A DNA stretch of 64,000 nucleotides from Rhodothermales bacterium (GCA_022821845.1 JAJECT010000018.1:20306-84305), one strand, 5' to 3'; shown: positions 48,035 through 58,448, counted from the first letter of the stretch. The notes: a model not told the origin generated them from the letters alone. A program made the numbers and translations.

Positions 48035-48170
48035 CGTCCTCCATCTCTTCGAGATTTTCTATAACCTCTCGCGGAGCGCCCGTACGCTCTGCATAATCGA
48101 TGAGTTCGCCTTTCGTTGCAGGCCAAGGTGCATCTTCAAGGTACGACGCCAGTTCAAGACTCCAATACAT
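47952..48170 (-). CDS. Small acidic protein (DUF2795-like)
   Basis: LEDAPWPATKGELIDYAERTGAPREVIENLEEM matches what I recall of the DUF2795 motif. This was not verified by a search. Confidence 0.7.
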   Translation of the reverse strand: MYWSLELASYLEDAPWPATKGELIDYAERTGAPREVIENLEEMEDDGEPYESIEEVWPDYPTADDDFYFEEE

Positions 48171-48370
48171 CGGGTGCGCATTTGTTGAGGGGGGCGGTGC
48201 AACCGGCGCACACGCAGCCGGTCTTGCGTATTTGAGGAGGCACTATAATTTCCCCAAAGGATAAAAGCAAGCAATAAATGCCATTGCCCCGAAGATATGC
48301 GTGAAATTATGGCGAGGACGCCGCTCGCCAGCCGCAAAAAAGCCCTGCGCGCCCCTGTGACGCGACCCGA

Positions 48371-49336
48371 TCAATAATCGAACGCCCGCGTCATCCGTTC
48401 CGAATCCGCCTTTAATTTTTCGTACTCCGCAGGCGTCATGGAAGGGGACATATATAAAATCGGGTTTGTGGCGCTGCCGCCCGTGGCCCGAACCTCGAAA
48501 TGCACGTGCGGCCCCACCGAACGGCCCGTGTTGCCGCTAAGGCCAATGCGCTCGCCCCGCTTGACGCTGCGTCCGGGACGCGCCGAATCGTCTATTTCGG
48601 AAAGATGCGCGTACAGCGTCTCGGTTTCGGATGCCGGGTGCGCAATAATCACATAGTTCCCGTAACTGGCGTTGAACCCCCGCTTGAGTATCCGGCCGGC
48701 GGCGGACGCGACAACCGGGGTGCCCTCTCGTACGGAAATATCCACGCCGTAATGCATTTTCGGCACGCCGAGAATCGGATCTTGCCGTATGCCGAAGCCG
48801 GACACGACCGGGCCGGAAGCCGGAAGAATCGCTGGCGTCTGCTCGTGCCGATCCTCTTGCTCGTCCGCAAGCGTCAGCAAATCCCGCAAACTTGCGCTCT
48901 GGAACTGGATGCGGCTTTCCAGTTGATCCAGCTGCTCCGACGTTTCCCGTAACAGCATGTCCGTAGGCGGTCCCAGCCGATCGAATTCCTCGTACGGATC
49001 GGAACCACCCACGCCCAGGCGGCGAACATCCTCGGAAACCGGCTCTATGCCGAACACCGTGCGGTACAACTGCTGATCCGATTCCTCAAGCGCATCCAGC
49101 TGCTCCGAGTACGCACTCATCCGGTCGCCAAAGCCCGCAATCTCTTCCTGCAAGATCGCTTTCTCGGTTTTCAGGGCTATTTCCTCAGGGGTTTCACCCA
49201 TCCGGTCAACGACCCACGACAGCAAAAAAGCCAGCACGAGGCCCAATCCCAGTACAGACAATACAAACCGCCCAACCCATTTTTCCTCCACGTACGTGCA
49301 GGATTTATGGTCGTAGTTGTAACGTTTTTTAAGCAT
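48371..49336 (-). CDS. M23 (LytM-type) peptidoglycan DD-endopeptidase with an N-terminal TM anchor and coiled coil
   Basis: HYGVDISVREGTPVVA...GNYVIIAHP...YAHLS...GNTGRSVGPHVHFEV shows the HxxxD and HxH motifs. Confidence 0.9.
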   Translation of the reverse strand: MLKKRYNYDHKSCTYVEEKWVGRFVLSVLGLGLVLAFLLSWVVDRMGETPEEIALKTEKAILQEEIAGFGDRMSAYSEQLDALEESDQQLYRTVFGIEPVSEDVRRLGVGGSDPYEEFDRLGPPTDMLLRETSEQLDQLESRIQFQSASLRDLLTLADEQEDRHEQTPAILPASGPVVSGFGIRQDPILGVPKMHYGVDISVREGTPVVASAAGRILKRGFNASYGNYVIIAHPASETETLYAHLSEIDDSARPGRSVKRGERIGLSGNTGRSVGPHVHFEVRATGGSATNPILYMSPSMTPAEYEKLKADSERMTRAFDY

Positions 49337-49515
49337 GCGAATGCGCGGTTGCGTGTACGTGCGTCAGGGGGATAGCGCCTGATTCGGCGGGCGCGACGGG
49401 CATGCCGCAACGCCTTCGCCCTCCGCATCAGAGGCTAAAATTTGGCCATTAAAGAGTAAGATAATCATTTTCCGGCAATTTGTCAAGGGGTGCGACCCGA
49501 AAGGGCTACGCGGCG

Positions 49516-50532
49516 CTATTCGTAATCCCGCTCCAGGCGCTCGACCGCAGGGGCTGGCAGGTCGGAGCCTTTGGCGCGAATGCGGTCGCCAAGCCGCTTT
49601 GCAAACACCTCCGCAGGGTCGTACCCCGCGTTGCGAAGCAGGTGGTTCATAGCGATCACTTCGCAGATCACCGTAATGTTTTTGCCCGGGGTCACCGGAA
49701 TCTTCACCATGGGCAGATCCACGCCCAGCGCGCGGTAGGTATCGCTCACCATGCCGAGGCGGGTGTATTCTTCTTCGGGATCCCACAGTTCCATGTGCAC
49801 CACAATCTCGACGCGCTTGCGAAAACGAATGGCGCGTATCCCGAACATGGCGCGAATATCGACCAGGCCGAGCCCCCGAACCTCCATAAAGTGCTGGGCC
49901 AACTCCGTGCCGGCGCCCATCAATACGTGCTCGTCCTTGCGCGTTACGACCACGACGTCGTCGGCCACCAGGCGGTGCCCCCGCTCCACCAGGTCCAGCG
50001 CCACCTCGCTCTTGCCAATGCCGGATTTTCCGACCAGAAGCAGGCCGATGCCGTATACCGCGACCAGGGAGCCGTGAATCGTTTGCTGCAACGCAAACTG
50101 GTCGTTCAGGAAATCCCGCAGAATCGCCATGAAGTCGATGGATTGCAAGGACGTCCGAAAAACAGGTACGCCCTGCCGGGTCGCCATGGCCGCCATTTCA
50201 TCGTCCAGCGTATTGTTGACCGTGAGCACAATACACGGGACCGGAAAGGACACAAGAGTTTCGAACGCCTTGTGGCGAACCTCCGCCGGCTGATGCCGCA
50301 AAAACTTGTTTTCCGTATTCCCCAGAATCTGCACGCGCTGATGGGTGAACAAGTCGGTGTATCCGGCCAGCACCAGCCCCGGACGATGCAAATCCACCTC
50401 GGTAACCAGTCGATCCTCGGCGGAAACATCGTTTACGGACGCGATATCGACGTTGGCCATCGCCCGTAATTTTTCCACCATGAAGGCCACGGTGATGGAT
50501 TCTTTCTTGAAGGCTTTCGTCGCGTCGGGCAT
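49516..50532 (-). CDS. hprK: HPr kinase/phosphorylase
   Basis: HGSLVAVYGIGLLLVGKSGIGKSEVALDLVERGHRLVADDVV is followed by the MEVRGLG.V signature. Confidence 0.92.
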   Translation of the reverse strand: MPDATKAFKKESITVAFMVEKLRAMANVDIASVNDVSAEDRLVTEVDLHRPGLVLAGYTDLFTHQRVQILGNTENKFLRHQPAEVRHKAFETLVSFPVPCIVLTVNNTLDDEMAAMATRQGVPVFRTSLQSIDFMAILRDFLNDQFALQQTIHGSLVAVYGIGLLLVGKSGIGKSEVALDLVERGHRLVADDVVVVTRKDEHVLMGAGTELAQHFMEVRGLGLVDIRAMFGIRAIRFRKRVEIVVHMELWDPEEEYTRLGMVSDTYRALGVDLPMVKIPVTPGKNITVICEVIAMNHLLRNAGYDPAEVFAKRLGDRIRAKGSDLPAPAVERLERDYE

Positions 50533-50595
50533 GGCGTGGGGCCGGATTCGATCAAGGATATCGGGGGCGTATGGAGGAGCCCCCTTCGAGAACCG

Positions 50596-51576
50596 CTACG
50601 GAACTTCTACGGTTTCAAGAATCTGCTGCACCAGATCGTCGCTGGTCACTTCTTCCGCCTCGGCTTCGTACGATACCGCAATGCGGTGCCGCATCACGTC
50701 CGGGGCCAGCATGCGGACGTCCTCCGGGGTAACATAGGCTCGCCGCTGCAAAAAAGCATGCGCGCGCGCGGCAAGGTTCAGGTTGATGGTCGCGCGCGGC
50801 GACGCCCCGAATTCAATGAGCGCCGCAATGTCGGACAGGCGATACTCCGCCGGGCGCCGCGACGCCATCACCAGGTCCACCATATACTTCTCGACGCGCT
50901 CGTCCATATACAATTCGTTCAGCACCGCCCGCGCCGAAAGAATATCCTCCGGCCCGACCACCTCGCGCACTGCTTCTTTCTGGCCGGTGCGGGCCATGCG
51001 GCGCATGATTTCCAGTTCCTCCTCGCGGGTCGGATAATCCACCCGAATCTTCAGCATGAACCGATCCACCTGCGCCTCTGGAAGCGGGTAGGTCCCTTCC
51101 TGCTCGATCGGATTCTGCGTAGCCAGCACCAGAAACGGTTCTTCGAGCGGAAACGTGGTCTCGCCGATGGTGACCTGCCGCTCCTGCATGCTTTCGAGCA
51201 ACGCGCTCTGGACCTTGGCCGGAGACCGGTTGATCTCGTCGGCCAGAATGACATTGGCGAAAACAGGTCCCTTTTTGATCGAAAAGGACCCTTCTTTCTG
51301 GTTGTATACAAGCGTACCCAGCAAGTCGGCGGGGAGCAAATCCGGCGTGAACTGGATGCGCTGGAACCGGGTCCCGATGGCGCGGGCAAGCGAACTGACC
51401 GTGAGGGTTTTAGCCAGGCCCGGCACGCCTTCGAGCAGCACATGTCCATCGGCGAGCAACCCGATCAACAGGCGCTCTATCATGGATTGCTGCCCGACGA
51501 CGACGCGGCCTACTTCGCCAAGCAACGAGTCTACGAACGCGCTTTCGGCGCGAATGCGCTCGCTGACCTGGACCAT
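50596..51576 (-). CDS. MoxR-family AAA+ ATPase
   Basis: Walker A is GHVLLEGVPGLAKT and Walker B is ILADEINR. QNPIEQEGTYPLPEAQ.DRF is typical of the AAA_3/MoxR family. The start is set at MVQVSERI (51576). Confidence 0.88.
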   Translation of the reverse strand: MVQVSERIRAESAFVDSLLGEVGRVVVGQQSMIERLLIGLLADGHVLLEGVPGLAKTLTVSSLARAIGTRFQRIQFTPDLLPADLLGTLVYNQKEGSFSIKKGPVFANVILADEINRSPAKVQSALLESMQERQVTIGETTFPLEEPFLVLATQNPIEQEGTYPLPEAQVDRFMLKIRVDYPTREEELEIMRRMARTGQKEAVREVVGPEDILSARAVLNELYMDERVEKYMVDLVMASRRPAEYRLSDIAALIEFGASPRATINLNLAARAHAFLQRRAYVTPEDVRMLAPDVMRHRIAVSYEAEAEEVTSDDLVQQILETVEVP

Positions 51577-51681
51577 GTCAAAGTTTGTTGCGGTTTCCAC
51601 TGGACAGAAAAACGGATGAATAAAGGAGTGTTGCAATAAGGCGCGAGGACGCAAAACGCAGCATGCGGAATGCGAAGGCCG

Positions 51682-52917
51682 TCACAAGAGCGTAACGCGC
51701 GCGTCCATGTCGAATTTTTCCCGAATCCCTGATTGTACGCGATGCAGGCAACGAGGGACGGCAAAGGGCTGTCCCGCCATGATCGCCGCGCGCCCCCGAT
51801 GTACGGGATACGCTCCGTACATGCCGTCCAGCGTCATGGCGTCCACGGCGTCTACGATGTTTTCCGAAACGTTCGTCGTGCCGCCCCAGTCCTTGCGCGT
51901 CACGGCGTCGGACATGAGCAACAGGGCGCCAAAGAGCTGCCAGTCTTTACGTTGCACCGCGCCTACCAGTTTCGGAACGCGCTGATTCTCTTTGACCAGC
52001 CAGCGCAGGGCAGGCCGCAACCGGAAAGGCAGGATATCGCTCGCCGCCTGCAAATCGCGGTGTTCGAGATCGCGCAGCGACGTCACCTCTGCGAATTCCT
52101 TTTTGCGCAAAACAGCCGCGGCCTCGTCCGCCATTTTGCGTTTTCGCGGCACGGCGCCGGGATCGAAGAACGTATGGCCTTCCGTTTCCACCAACCCGAA
52201 CGCCAGGGCGTCTTCCGGGGCCGCGTCGAGCAACATGCATTCGCGCGTTTCGGCGTCTACGAAAGCATACTGCTCGGGGCGCCCTTGCTCCGCTGCGACA
52301 CAGAACGCGGGACTGAAAGAACGGCCCAGGCTCGCCTCGATGGCTGCGCGCGCCGTGTCGCATATGCGGCGGTCTGCTTCGGCGGGCGCAAAGACCTGCG
52401 CGCACGCCCGCGCCGTCGCCACGGCAAGCGTAGCCAAATAGGCGTCGGCGCAAGAAGAAGGCACGGCGTTCGCCACCGCGATATCCGCCTGCGCCGTTTC
52501 GGGCGCCAGGCGACGGAACGTTTCGAAAACGACCCGCACCGGGGCGGGCGCCGTATCGGGCAGCGGGGAATCCGGGGCCTGCGTCCAGACGCGGTCGTCG
52601 TGGCCAAAGGCGAGGCGGGACGCGGGGCCCGACCGGGCGCGCAGGGCCGCCGCCGTGCCGGACGGCAAGGAAAAAAACAGCGCAAAGCCGTTGAAATAAT
52701 GCGTGTGCTCCGCAATCAACCCCATGCTTCCGTGGGCAAAGCCGATTCCGGGGCTGCTCTTTTCCGCGCCGAAATGTTTTTCGAGCGTAGTCCGGGCGCG
52801 CTCCATGAGGAGAGACGGCTCTTCGAACGAACGTTCGGGGATTTCCTGCGGCCCCCGCACCACGGAGGCGAGAAGCGGCGACGCCCCGGCGCGATCACGA
52901 ATGGAGTCGGACGACAT
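51682..52917 (-). CDS. Galactokinase-like (GHMP superfamily) protein with an apparently degenerate phosphate-binding motif
   Basis: The N-terminal signature GSMGLIAEHTHYFNG is GalK-like (cf. GRVNLIGEHTDY). At the position of the GHMP PxGxGLxSSA loop the sequence reads NAVPSSCADAYLA. The start is set at MSSDSIRD (52917). Confidence 0.7.
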   Translation of the reverse strand: MSSDSIRDRAGASPLLASVVRGPQEIPERSFEEPSLLMERARTTLEKHFGAEKSSPGIGFAHGSMGLIAEHTHYFNGFALFFSLPSGTAAALRARSGPASRLAFGHDDRVWTQAPDSPLPDTAPAPVRVVFETFRRLAPETAQADIAVANAVPSSCADAYLATLAVATARACAQVFAPAEADRRICDTARAAIEASLGRSFSPAFCVAAEQGRPEQYAFVDAETRECMLLDAAPEDALAFGLVETEGHTFFDPGAVPRKRKMADEAAAVLRKKEFAEVTSLRDLEHRDLQAASDILPFRLRPALRWLVKENQRVPKLVGAVQRKDWQLFGALLLMSDAVTRKDWGGTTNVSENIVDAVDAMTLDGMYGAYPVHRGRAAIMAGQPFAVPRCLHRVQSGIREKFDMDARVTLL

Positions 52918-52939
52918 AATGCATTCCCCTATGGATACT

Positions 52940-53878
52940 CTATTCGAACAAGTGGCCCGCGGGCAGCGCATGCCCCCGGAGAAAATCCATGGCCGGAAGC
53001 CGCCTGCGGCCTTCCGCTTGCAACTCCAGCAACTCCACGGCCCCTTCGCCGCACGCCACGACGAGCCGATCCGAGGCGCGCAGCGTCTGGCCCGGCAGGG
53101 CTTGCGCGCCGCCCGTACGCCCCGCATCCGCAAGGCGCGTCCGGTAGACCTTGACCATGCTTTCGCCGTCGCGGGTCCAGGCGCCGGGACGCGGGGACAA
53201 TCCCCGTATCTGGTTGTGCACCTCGCGCGCGGACCGACGCCATGCAATGCGCGCGTCCTCCTTCTGAATCCGCGGGGCCGGCGTAGCCGCTTCGTGGTTC
53301 TGGGGATGCGCCTGCGCCTCGCCGCGCTGGATGCGACGCACCGTTTCCACGACGGCTTCGGCGCCAAGCGCCCTCATCCGGTCATGCACTTCGCCCGCTG
53401 TTTCGTCCAGGCCGATCCGCATGGTTTTTTGCAAAATAACGTTTCCCGTATCCACGGCTTCTTTCAGAAAAAACGTGCTCACGCCCGTTTCGGTCTCCCC
53501 CGCCATGATGGCGCGGCGGATGGGGGCCGCCCCCCGGTACTTCGGAAGCAACGAGCCGTGCAAGTTGAAAGCCCCCTTACGCGCGATCTCGAACACCTCC
53601 GGGGGTAGAATGCGAAACGCAACCACCACAATCAAGTCCGGCGTCAACTCGCGCACCGATTCCGCAAAAACCGGGTCGCGAAGCGACGACGGCTGCAAAA
53701 TCCGGCGGATACCCAGCCTTTCGGCTTCCTGCTTCACAGGCGTCGGAGACATGCGGCGCCCGCGCCCGCGCGGCTTGTCCGGCCCCGTCGCCACGGCGAC
53801 CGGCGCATACCCCGCCTCGGCGAGCCGCCGCAGCGAGGGCACGGCGAAATCCGGCGTACCCATAAAAACAATTCGCAT
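52940..53878 (-). CDS. fmt: Methionyl-tRNA formyltransferase
   Basis: MRIVFMGTPDFAVPSL..., FNLHGSLLPKYRGAAPI..AI..G. and the C-terminal domain are all present. The start is set at 53878. Confidence 0.93.
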   Translation of the reverse strand: MRIVFMGTPDFAVPSLRRLAEAGYAPVAVATGPDKPRGRGRRMSPTPVKQEAERLGIRRILQPSSLRDPVFAESVRELTPDLIVVVAFRILPPEVFEIARKGAFNLHGSLLPKYRGAAPIRRAIMAGETETGVSTFFLKEAVDTGNVILQKTMRIGLDETAGEVHDRMRALGAEAVVETVRRIQRGEAQAHPQNHEAATPAPRIQKEDARIAWRRSAREVHNQIRGLSPRPGAWTRDGESMVKVYRTRLADAGRTGGAQALPGQTLRASDRLVVACGEGAVELLELQAEGRRRLPAMDFLRGHALPAGHLFE

Positions 53879-53924
53879 ATCCTGCATGGGAAGCTCCGCG
53901 AAACAGATGGCGAGGATCAAGGCG

Positions 53925-54893
53925 TCAACCGAACAGCGCGTCCACAAACGCCCGCCGATCAAACACTTCCAGGTCTTTGATGCGCTCCCCAACGCCTATG
54001 TATTTGACTGGAATCCGAAAATCGCTGGAAATACCGATGACGACGCCCCCTTTGGCCGTGCCGTCCAGCTTGGTTACTGCAATGCCCGTCACCTCGACGC
54101 TTCGGGCGAATTCCTCGGCCTGGCGCAAGGCGTTCTGGCCCGTAGAAGCATCCAGCACAAGCAGCACCTCGTGCGGCGCGCCAGCGACGCACTTGGCCAT
54201 CGCCCGGCGAATCTTCGCCAGTTCGTCCATCAGCCCCCCGCGCGTATGCAGGCGGCCCGCCGTGTCCACGATGGCCACGTCCGTATTCCGCGCCCGGGCC
54301 GAGGCGACCGTATCGTACGCCACCGAGGCCGGATCGCTCCCCTGCGCCTGCCGAACAAGCGGCGCGTCGGCGCGCTCCGCCCAGATCGACAACTGCTCCG
54401 CGGCGGCGGCGCGAAACGTATCGCCCGCGCCCAGCAAGACGGATTTGCCCGCATCCCTGTACCGCCGCGCCATCTTCCCGATGGTGGTGGTTTTGCCCAC
54501 GCCGTTCACGCCCACCACCATAATGACATGCGGACGGTTTGGCAAGGGCGCGTCGAATCCGGCGGGGCGCTCCGGGGCGTTCTCCAGCAGCAACGAAGCA
54601 ATCTCGTCCCGAATCAGGCCTTGCAGCTCCTCCGACGACACGTAGCGTTCTTCGGCTACCCGCTCCCGAATGCGGTCAATGATTTTCAGGGTCGCCGCAA
54701 CGCCTGCGTCGCTGGCGATCAGGGCTTCTTCCAGGGCGTCCAGCACATCGTCGTCCACGGTCTTCTTTCCGCGCACGGCCCGGCGAATCTTGCCGAGAAA
54801 TCCTGTTCGGGTCTTGTCCAGCCCCCTGTCGAGCCCCTTGTCCATGCCCGGAGACGGCGCTTCGCCCGTTTTGAAACGATCCCGTAAACCCAT
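53925..54893 (-). CDS. ftsY: Signal recognition particle receptor FtsY
   Basis: VIMVVGVNGVGKTTTIGKMA, DTFRAAA.EQL, DTAGRLH and TKLDGTAKGG are present. Confidence 0.93.
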   Translation of the reverse strand: MGLRDRFKTGEAPSPGMDKGLDRGLDKTRTGFLGKIRRAVRGKKTVDDDVLDALEEALIASDAGVAATLKIIDRIRERVAEERYVSSEELQGLIRDEIASLLLENAPERPAGFDAPLPNRPHVIMVVGVNGVGKTTTIGKMARRYRDAGKSVLLGAGDTFRAAAAEQLSIWAERADAPLVRQAQGSDPASVAYDTVASARARNTDVAIVDTAGRLHTRGGLMDELAKIRRAMAKCVAGAPHEVLLVLDASTGQNALRQAEEFARSVEVTGIAVTKLDGTAKGGVVIGISSDFRIPVKYIGVGERIKDLEVFDRRAFVDALFG

Positions 54894-54914
54894 TGCTATA
54901 CGCGCAAATAATTG

Positions 54915-55532
54915 CTAATCCGACGGGTTGCGGTCTTCTTGCCCGGGGGCGTCCGCCCGTGGCGCCTTGCTTCGCTTCGTCAACAGAACGTACCGGACGA
55001 CGTACGCCGCAAAAGAACCGATCATCAATATCGTAGCCGCAATCAAACAGAATCGCATGACCGGCTCGTCGGCCCGCAGCAGCGCCGCAAACACCGTCAC
55101 CGCCACCGCCCCCGTGGCCGCCTTGCCCAGCCAGACGCTCATTTCCACGCTTCCCGTACGATGCGCAAGGACGCCCGACCCCAGGAGGATAAGCAGGTCG
55201 CGCGCAATCAGCGCCGCCAGAAACCACAAAGGCAGCAGGCCCCGCAGCGCCAGCGACGCGGCAATGACCACCCCCGCGACCTTGTCGGCCAGCGGGTCCA
55301 GCACCTTCCCCCATGCCGAAACATTGCCCGACCAGCGCGCAATGCGCCCGTCAAGCCAGTCGCTCGCAATGATCACGGCAAGCAACGAAAACATCCAGCG
55401 GAGCGACCCGTCCACGAGAATAAGCCAGGCGACCGGAACCGCCAAAAGCGCCCGCGTCACGCTCAGCGCGTTCGGAACGGTCCAGAAATTCCCGTCGGGG
55501 CGAAAGCGCCCGAACCTACGGGGTAGCGTCAT
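54915..55532 (-). CDS. CDP-alcohol phosphatidyltransferase (PgsA-like)
   Basis: The motif D-G-x2-A-R-x8-G-x3-D-x3-D appears as DWLDGRIARWSGNVSAWGKVLDPLADK. The start is set at MTLPRRF (55532) and overlaps the ispG stop by 17 nt. Confidence 0.85.
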   Translation of the reverse strand: MTLPRRFGRFRPDGNFWTVPNALSVTRALLAVPVAWLILVDGSLRWMFSLLAVIIASDWLDGRIARWSGNVSAWGKVLDPLADKVAGVVIAASLALRGLLPLWFLAALIARDLLILLGSGVLAHRTGSVEMSVWLGKAATGAVAVTVFAALLRADEPVMRFCLIAATILMIGSFAAYVVRYVLLTKRSKAPRADAPGQEDRNPSD

Positions 55533-56604
55533 CGTCTTCTTCCTCCCAGGCGTCAATGGCTTCCAGGACCGCTTCCACGATGTTTTCGGACGGCACGGTG
55601 CCCACCACTTTGCCGCGCTTGAAAAGGTGCGCCCGTCCGCGGCCAAGCGAAATCCCCAGGTCCGCGCCCGCCGCTTCGCCGGGTCCGTTCACCGCGCAGC
55701 CCATCAGCGCCACGTTAAGGTCCTTCTCGAAGCGGGCTTCCTTGACCGCCGCCTCCACCTCTTCCACGATGGAGAACAAATCGCCTTCCATGCGACCGCA
55801 CGTAGGGCACGCGATGACGTTGACGCCCGGACGGCCCAGCCGAAGCGATTTCAGGATGCGGTGGCCCACCTCCACTTCCCGCAAGGAGGGCGTCGCCAGC
55901 GACACCCGGATCGTATCCCCGATGCCGGCGGCGAGGAGCGCCCCGATGCCTATCGAACTCTTGACGGAGCCGCTGTCGAAGGCGCCCGACTCGGTGACCC
56001 CGAGGTGCAACGGAAAGTCGGTCTTTTCCGCCAGCAGCCGATAGGACCGGATCATAAAAAACACGTCCGAATGCTTCACAGAAATAACGAGGTCCTCGAA
56101 CCCGTGGCGCTGGCATATCTCTACGTGCCGCATGGCGCTTTCGAAAAGGGCTTCGGGTTGCGGATAGCCATACTTGTCCAGCAGGTCCTTCTCCAGCGAC
56201 CCGGAATTGACCCCGATCCGAATGGGGATGCCCGCCTCCTTCGCGGCAAGCAGCACTTCCCGCTCCCATTCTTCCTTGCCTATGTTGCCGGGGTTGATGC
56301 GCACCTTGGCCACCTTCGATTCGATGGCCTTCAGGGCATACTGGTAATTAAAATGTATGTCGGCCACGATCGGGACGGACGCGCCCTGGACGATATCCGC
56401 CAGCGCGTCCGCGTCTTCCGGGCGCGGAACAGCCACGCGCACGATATCGGCCCCCGCCTCGGCAAGCTCGCGAATTTCGTCGAGGGACGTCGCCACGTCA
56501 TGCGTTTTGGAGGTGGTCATCGACTGCACGGAAATCGGCGCGCCGCCGCCGATTTGCACGGAGCCCACGTGTACGGGCCGCGAGGCCCTGCGAAATCGTT
56601 CCAT
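55516..56604 (-). CDS. ispG: 4-hydroxy-3-methylbut-2-en-1-yl diphosphate synthase
   Basis: VGSVQIGGGAPISVQSMT, RINPGNIG and IACPTCGR...VALMGC.VNGPGE are present. The start is set at MERFRR (56604). Confidence 0.93.
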   Translation of the reverse strand: MERFRRASRPVHVGSVQIGGGAPISVQSMTTSKTHDVATSLDEIRELAEAGADIVRVAVPRPEDADALADIVQGASVPIVADIHFNYQYALKAIESKVAKVRINPGNIGKEEWEREVLLAAKEAGIPIRIGVNSGSLEKDLLDKYGYPQPEALFESAMRHVEICQRHGFEDLVISVKHSDVFFMIRSYRLLAEKTDFPLHLGVTESGAFDSGSVKSSIGIGALLAAGIGDTIRVSLATPSLREVEVGHRILKSLRLGRPGVNVIACPTCGRMEGDLFSIVEEVEAAVKEARFEKDLNVALMGCAVNGPGEAAGADLGISLGRGRAHLFKRGKVVGTVPSENIVEAVLEAIDAWEEEDDDATP

Positions 56605-56693
56605 GATCGCTCGTGGAAATGGTGAACGGGAATTTCTTTCTAACGAAACAGCAAGGGCTTGTGTTGCACGGCCCGGAGACGCCTGCGAATCCC

Positions 56694-57776
56694 TCAGTCC
56701 CGGGGCAAGCGCAGGGCCACCACAAGCGGCAAATGGTCGGAAACGCGCGCTTTGGGCACCCGGGCGGAAACCACCTCCCACTCCTCGCTCACGAATACAT
56801 AATCTATCCGCACCGCAGGCAACCGGGCATGATAGGTCATTCCCCATCCCTCGCCCGCCTCCGCAAACGCGTCGCGCATTCGGGAAGACAGCGTACGGTA
56901 CACCCGGTTGTTCGGGGCGCTGTTCATGTCTCCGAACAGGATGACGGGCAAGGTTTCCTCGGCGAGCAGCGCCACGATGCGCTCTGTTTCCCGGGCGCGA
57001 ATCCGATACGCCGCGCGATACTGCCGCACATAGCGCATGACGTTTCCCGCGCCGAATGTGGACGGGCCTATGTCCTCCCAGGGCTTCCTTTCTCCGAACG
57101 TGCGAAGGTGCGCGTTATATACTATAAAATCCCTCCCTTGCCATCGTATGCGGGCCCGGATCGCATGCGACGGACGACGCCCGCCCGTATGCAGGGGCAC
57201 GCGGGTTACTTGCACGACCTGGGGCTTGCTCAGCACGGGCTGTTGCGTCCAGGCAGCGTTTTCCGGTCGCATGGACGAATAACCCAGCGAGTCCAGCAAG
57301 ATCGATACGTAGGCGTCGGACCGGACAAAAGGCTCCTCGTCGTACCAGGCAAGAGATGCCTCTTGCAGCCCGATGACGTCCGGGCGAATTTCCTTGACGA
57401 GGCGAGCCATGCGTTCGGGCCGGTCCGGCGGGGCGGCGGGCCAGACGGCGGGCGCGTTCAGGGTTAGCAACGTCAGCGTATCGCCCGGCGCGTCCAGCGC
57501 GTCCGGGACAGCGCCCGGGGGGGCGAACGGGTTTGCGCGCAACAGGAACAGCGCCAGCAGCGCGCCATTGAGCGCAAGCATGCGGCGAGGTCCTGTCAAC
57601 GCCAGCGCTACCGCCATGCCCGCAAGGGCCAGCGCCATGTACGGCAGAAACACGGCGGCCAGTTCGAACCACCAGAATGCGCCGAAAGGCACGTAGTACG
57701 CAAGGTACCCGGCCAGAAAAAGCAGGGCGGCGAGGAGATTCGCCGCCGCAAACAGGATGCGAACAAACCGCTTCAT
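56694..57776 (-). CDS. Membrane-anchored endonuclease/exonuclease/phosphatase (EEP) family protein
   Basis: It has N-terminal TM helices. The EEP motifs are VIGLQE, NAHL, FGDMNS and the C-terminal SDHLPLV. Confidence 0.8.
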   Translation of the reverse strand: MKRFVRILFAAANLLAALLFLAGYLAYYVPFGAFWWFELAAVFLPYMALALAGMAVALALTGPRRMLALNGALLALFLLRANPFAPPGAVPDALDAPGDTLTLLTLNAPAVWPAAPPDRPERMARLVKEIRPDVIGLQEASLAWYDEEPFVRSDAYVSILLDSLGYSSMRPENAAWTQQPVLSKPQVVQVTRVPLHTGGRRPSHAIRARIRWQGRDFIVYNAHLRTFGERKPWEDIGPSTFGAGNVMRYVRQYRAAYRIRARETERIVALLAEETLPVILFGDMNSAPNNRVYRTLSSRMRDAFAEAGEGWGMTYHARLPAVRIDYVFVSEEWEVVSARVPKARVSDHLPLVVALRLPRD

Positions 57777-57785
57777 CGACGAGAC

Positions 57786-58448
57786 TTATCGATACGTCGT
57801 TTGGCCGGGCCGCAGCGGGAGTTTCCCCCGCCAGTACTGTATCAGCAGGAACCCGAACAACATGCCGCCAAGGTGAGCGAAATTGGCCACGCCCGGCTGG
57901 CTGCCCGACGCCGCGGCCCACAATTCAAGCAGGCCATACAGGATCACGAACCACTTCGCCTTGATGGGGAACAGAAAATAAAGGTAAATGGGCTGGTTCG
58001 GAAACATCATGCCAAAGGCGAGCAGGATGCCGAAAATTCCGCCGGACGCGCCTACGGTCGGATAAATAACGCCTTCGGAGGAAGCCACGACGAGTTGAAT
58101 CAGCGCGGCCCCGACGACGCAAACGAAATAAAACACGGCGAACCGGCGACTGCCCCAGGTGTTTTCGATCTGTACGCCAAAGAGCCACAGCGCGAACATA
58201 TTGAACAACAAGTGCGTGAAGCCACCGTGCAAAAAGGAATAGGTCGCAAGCTGCCATGGCATAAACCCGGCAAACCCTGCAATCCTCGACGCGCCAAGCG
58301 GCCACAGCGCAAACCACTGCATAAGCGCCGAGCCCAGAACCGGGGTCATCCCGGCGAGAAACGCCAACCCGTTCAGAATCAGCAGATTCTTGATGACGGG
58401 GGGGAACATCGAAAATTGCGTGGGGGGGCGGTAAGAATGCTGGTACAT
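57786..58448 (-). CDS. Rhomboid-family intramembrane serine protease
   Basis: FLHGGFTHLLFNMFALW and the catalytic GASGGIFG are present, with a His-containing helix AHLGG. The start is set at 58448. Confidence 0.88.
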   Translation of the reverse strand: MYQHSYRPPTQFSMFPPVIKNLLILNGLAFLAGMTPVLGSALMQWFALWPLGASRIAGFAGFMPWQLATYSFLHGGFTHLLFNMFALWLFGVQIENTWGSRRFAVFYFVCVVGAALIQLVVASSEGVIYPTVGASGGIFGILLAFGMMFPNQPIYLYFLFPIKAKWFVILYGLLELWAAASGSQPGVANFAHLGGMLFGFLLIQYWRGKLPLRPGQTTYR

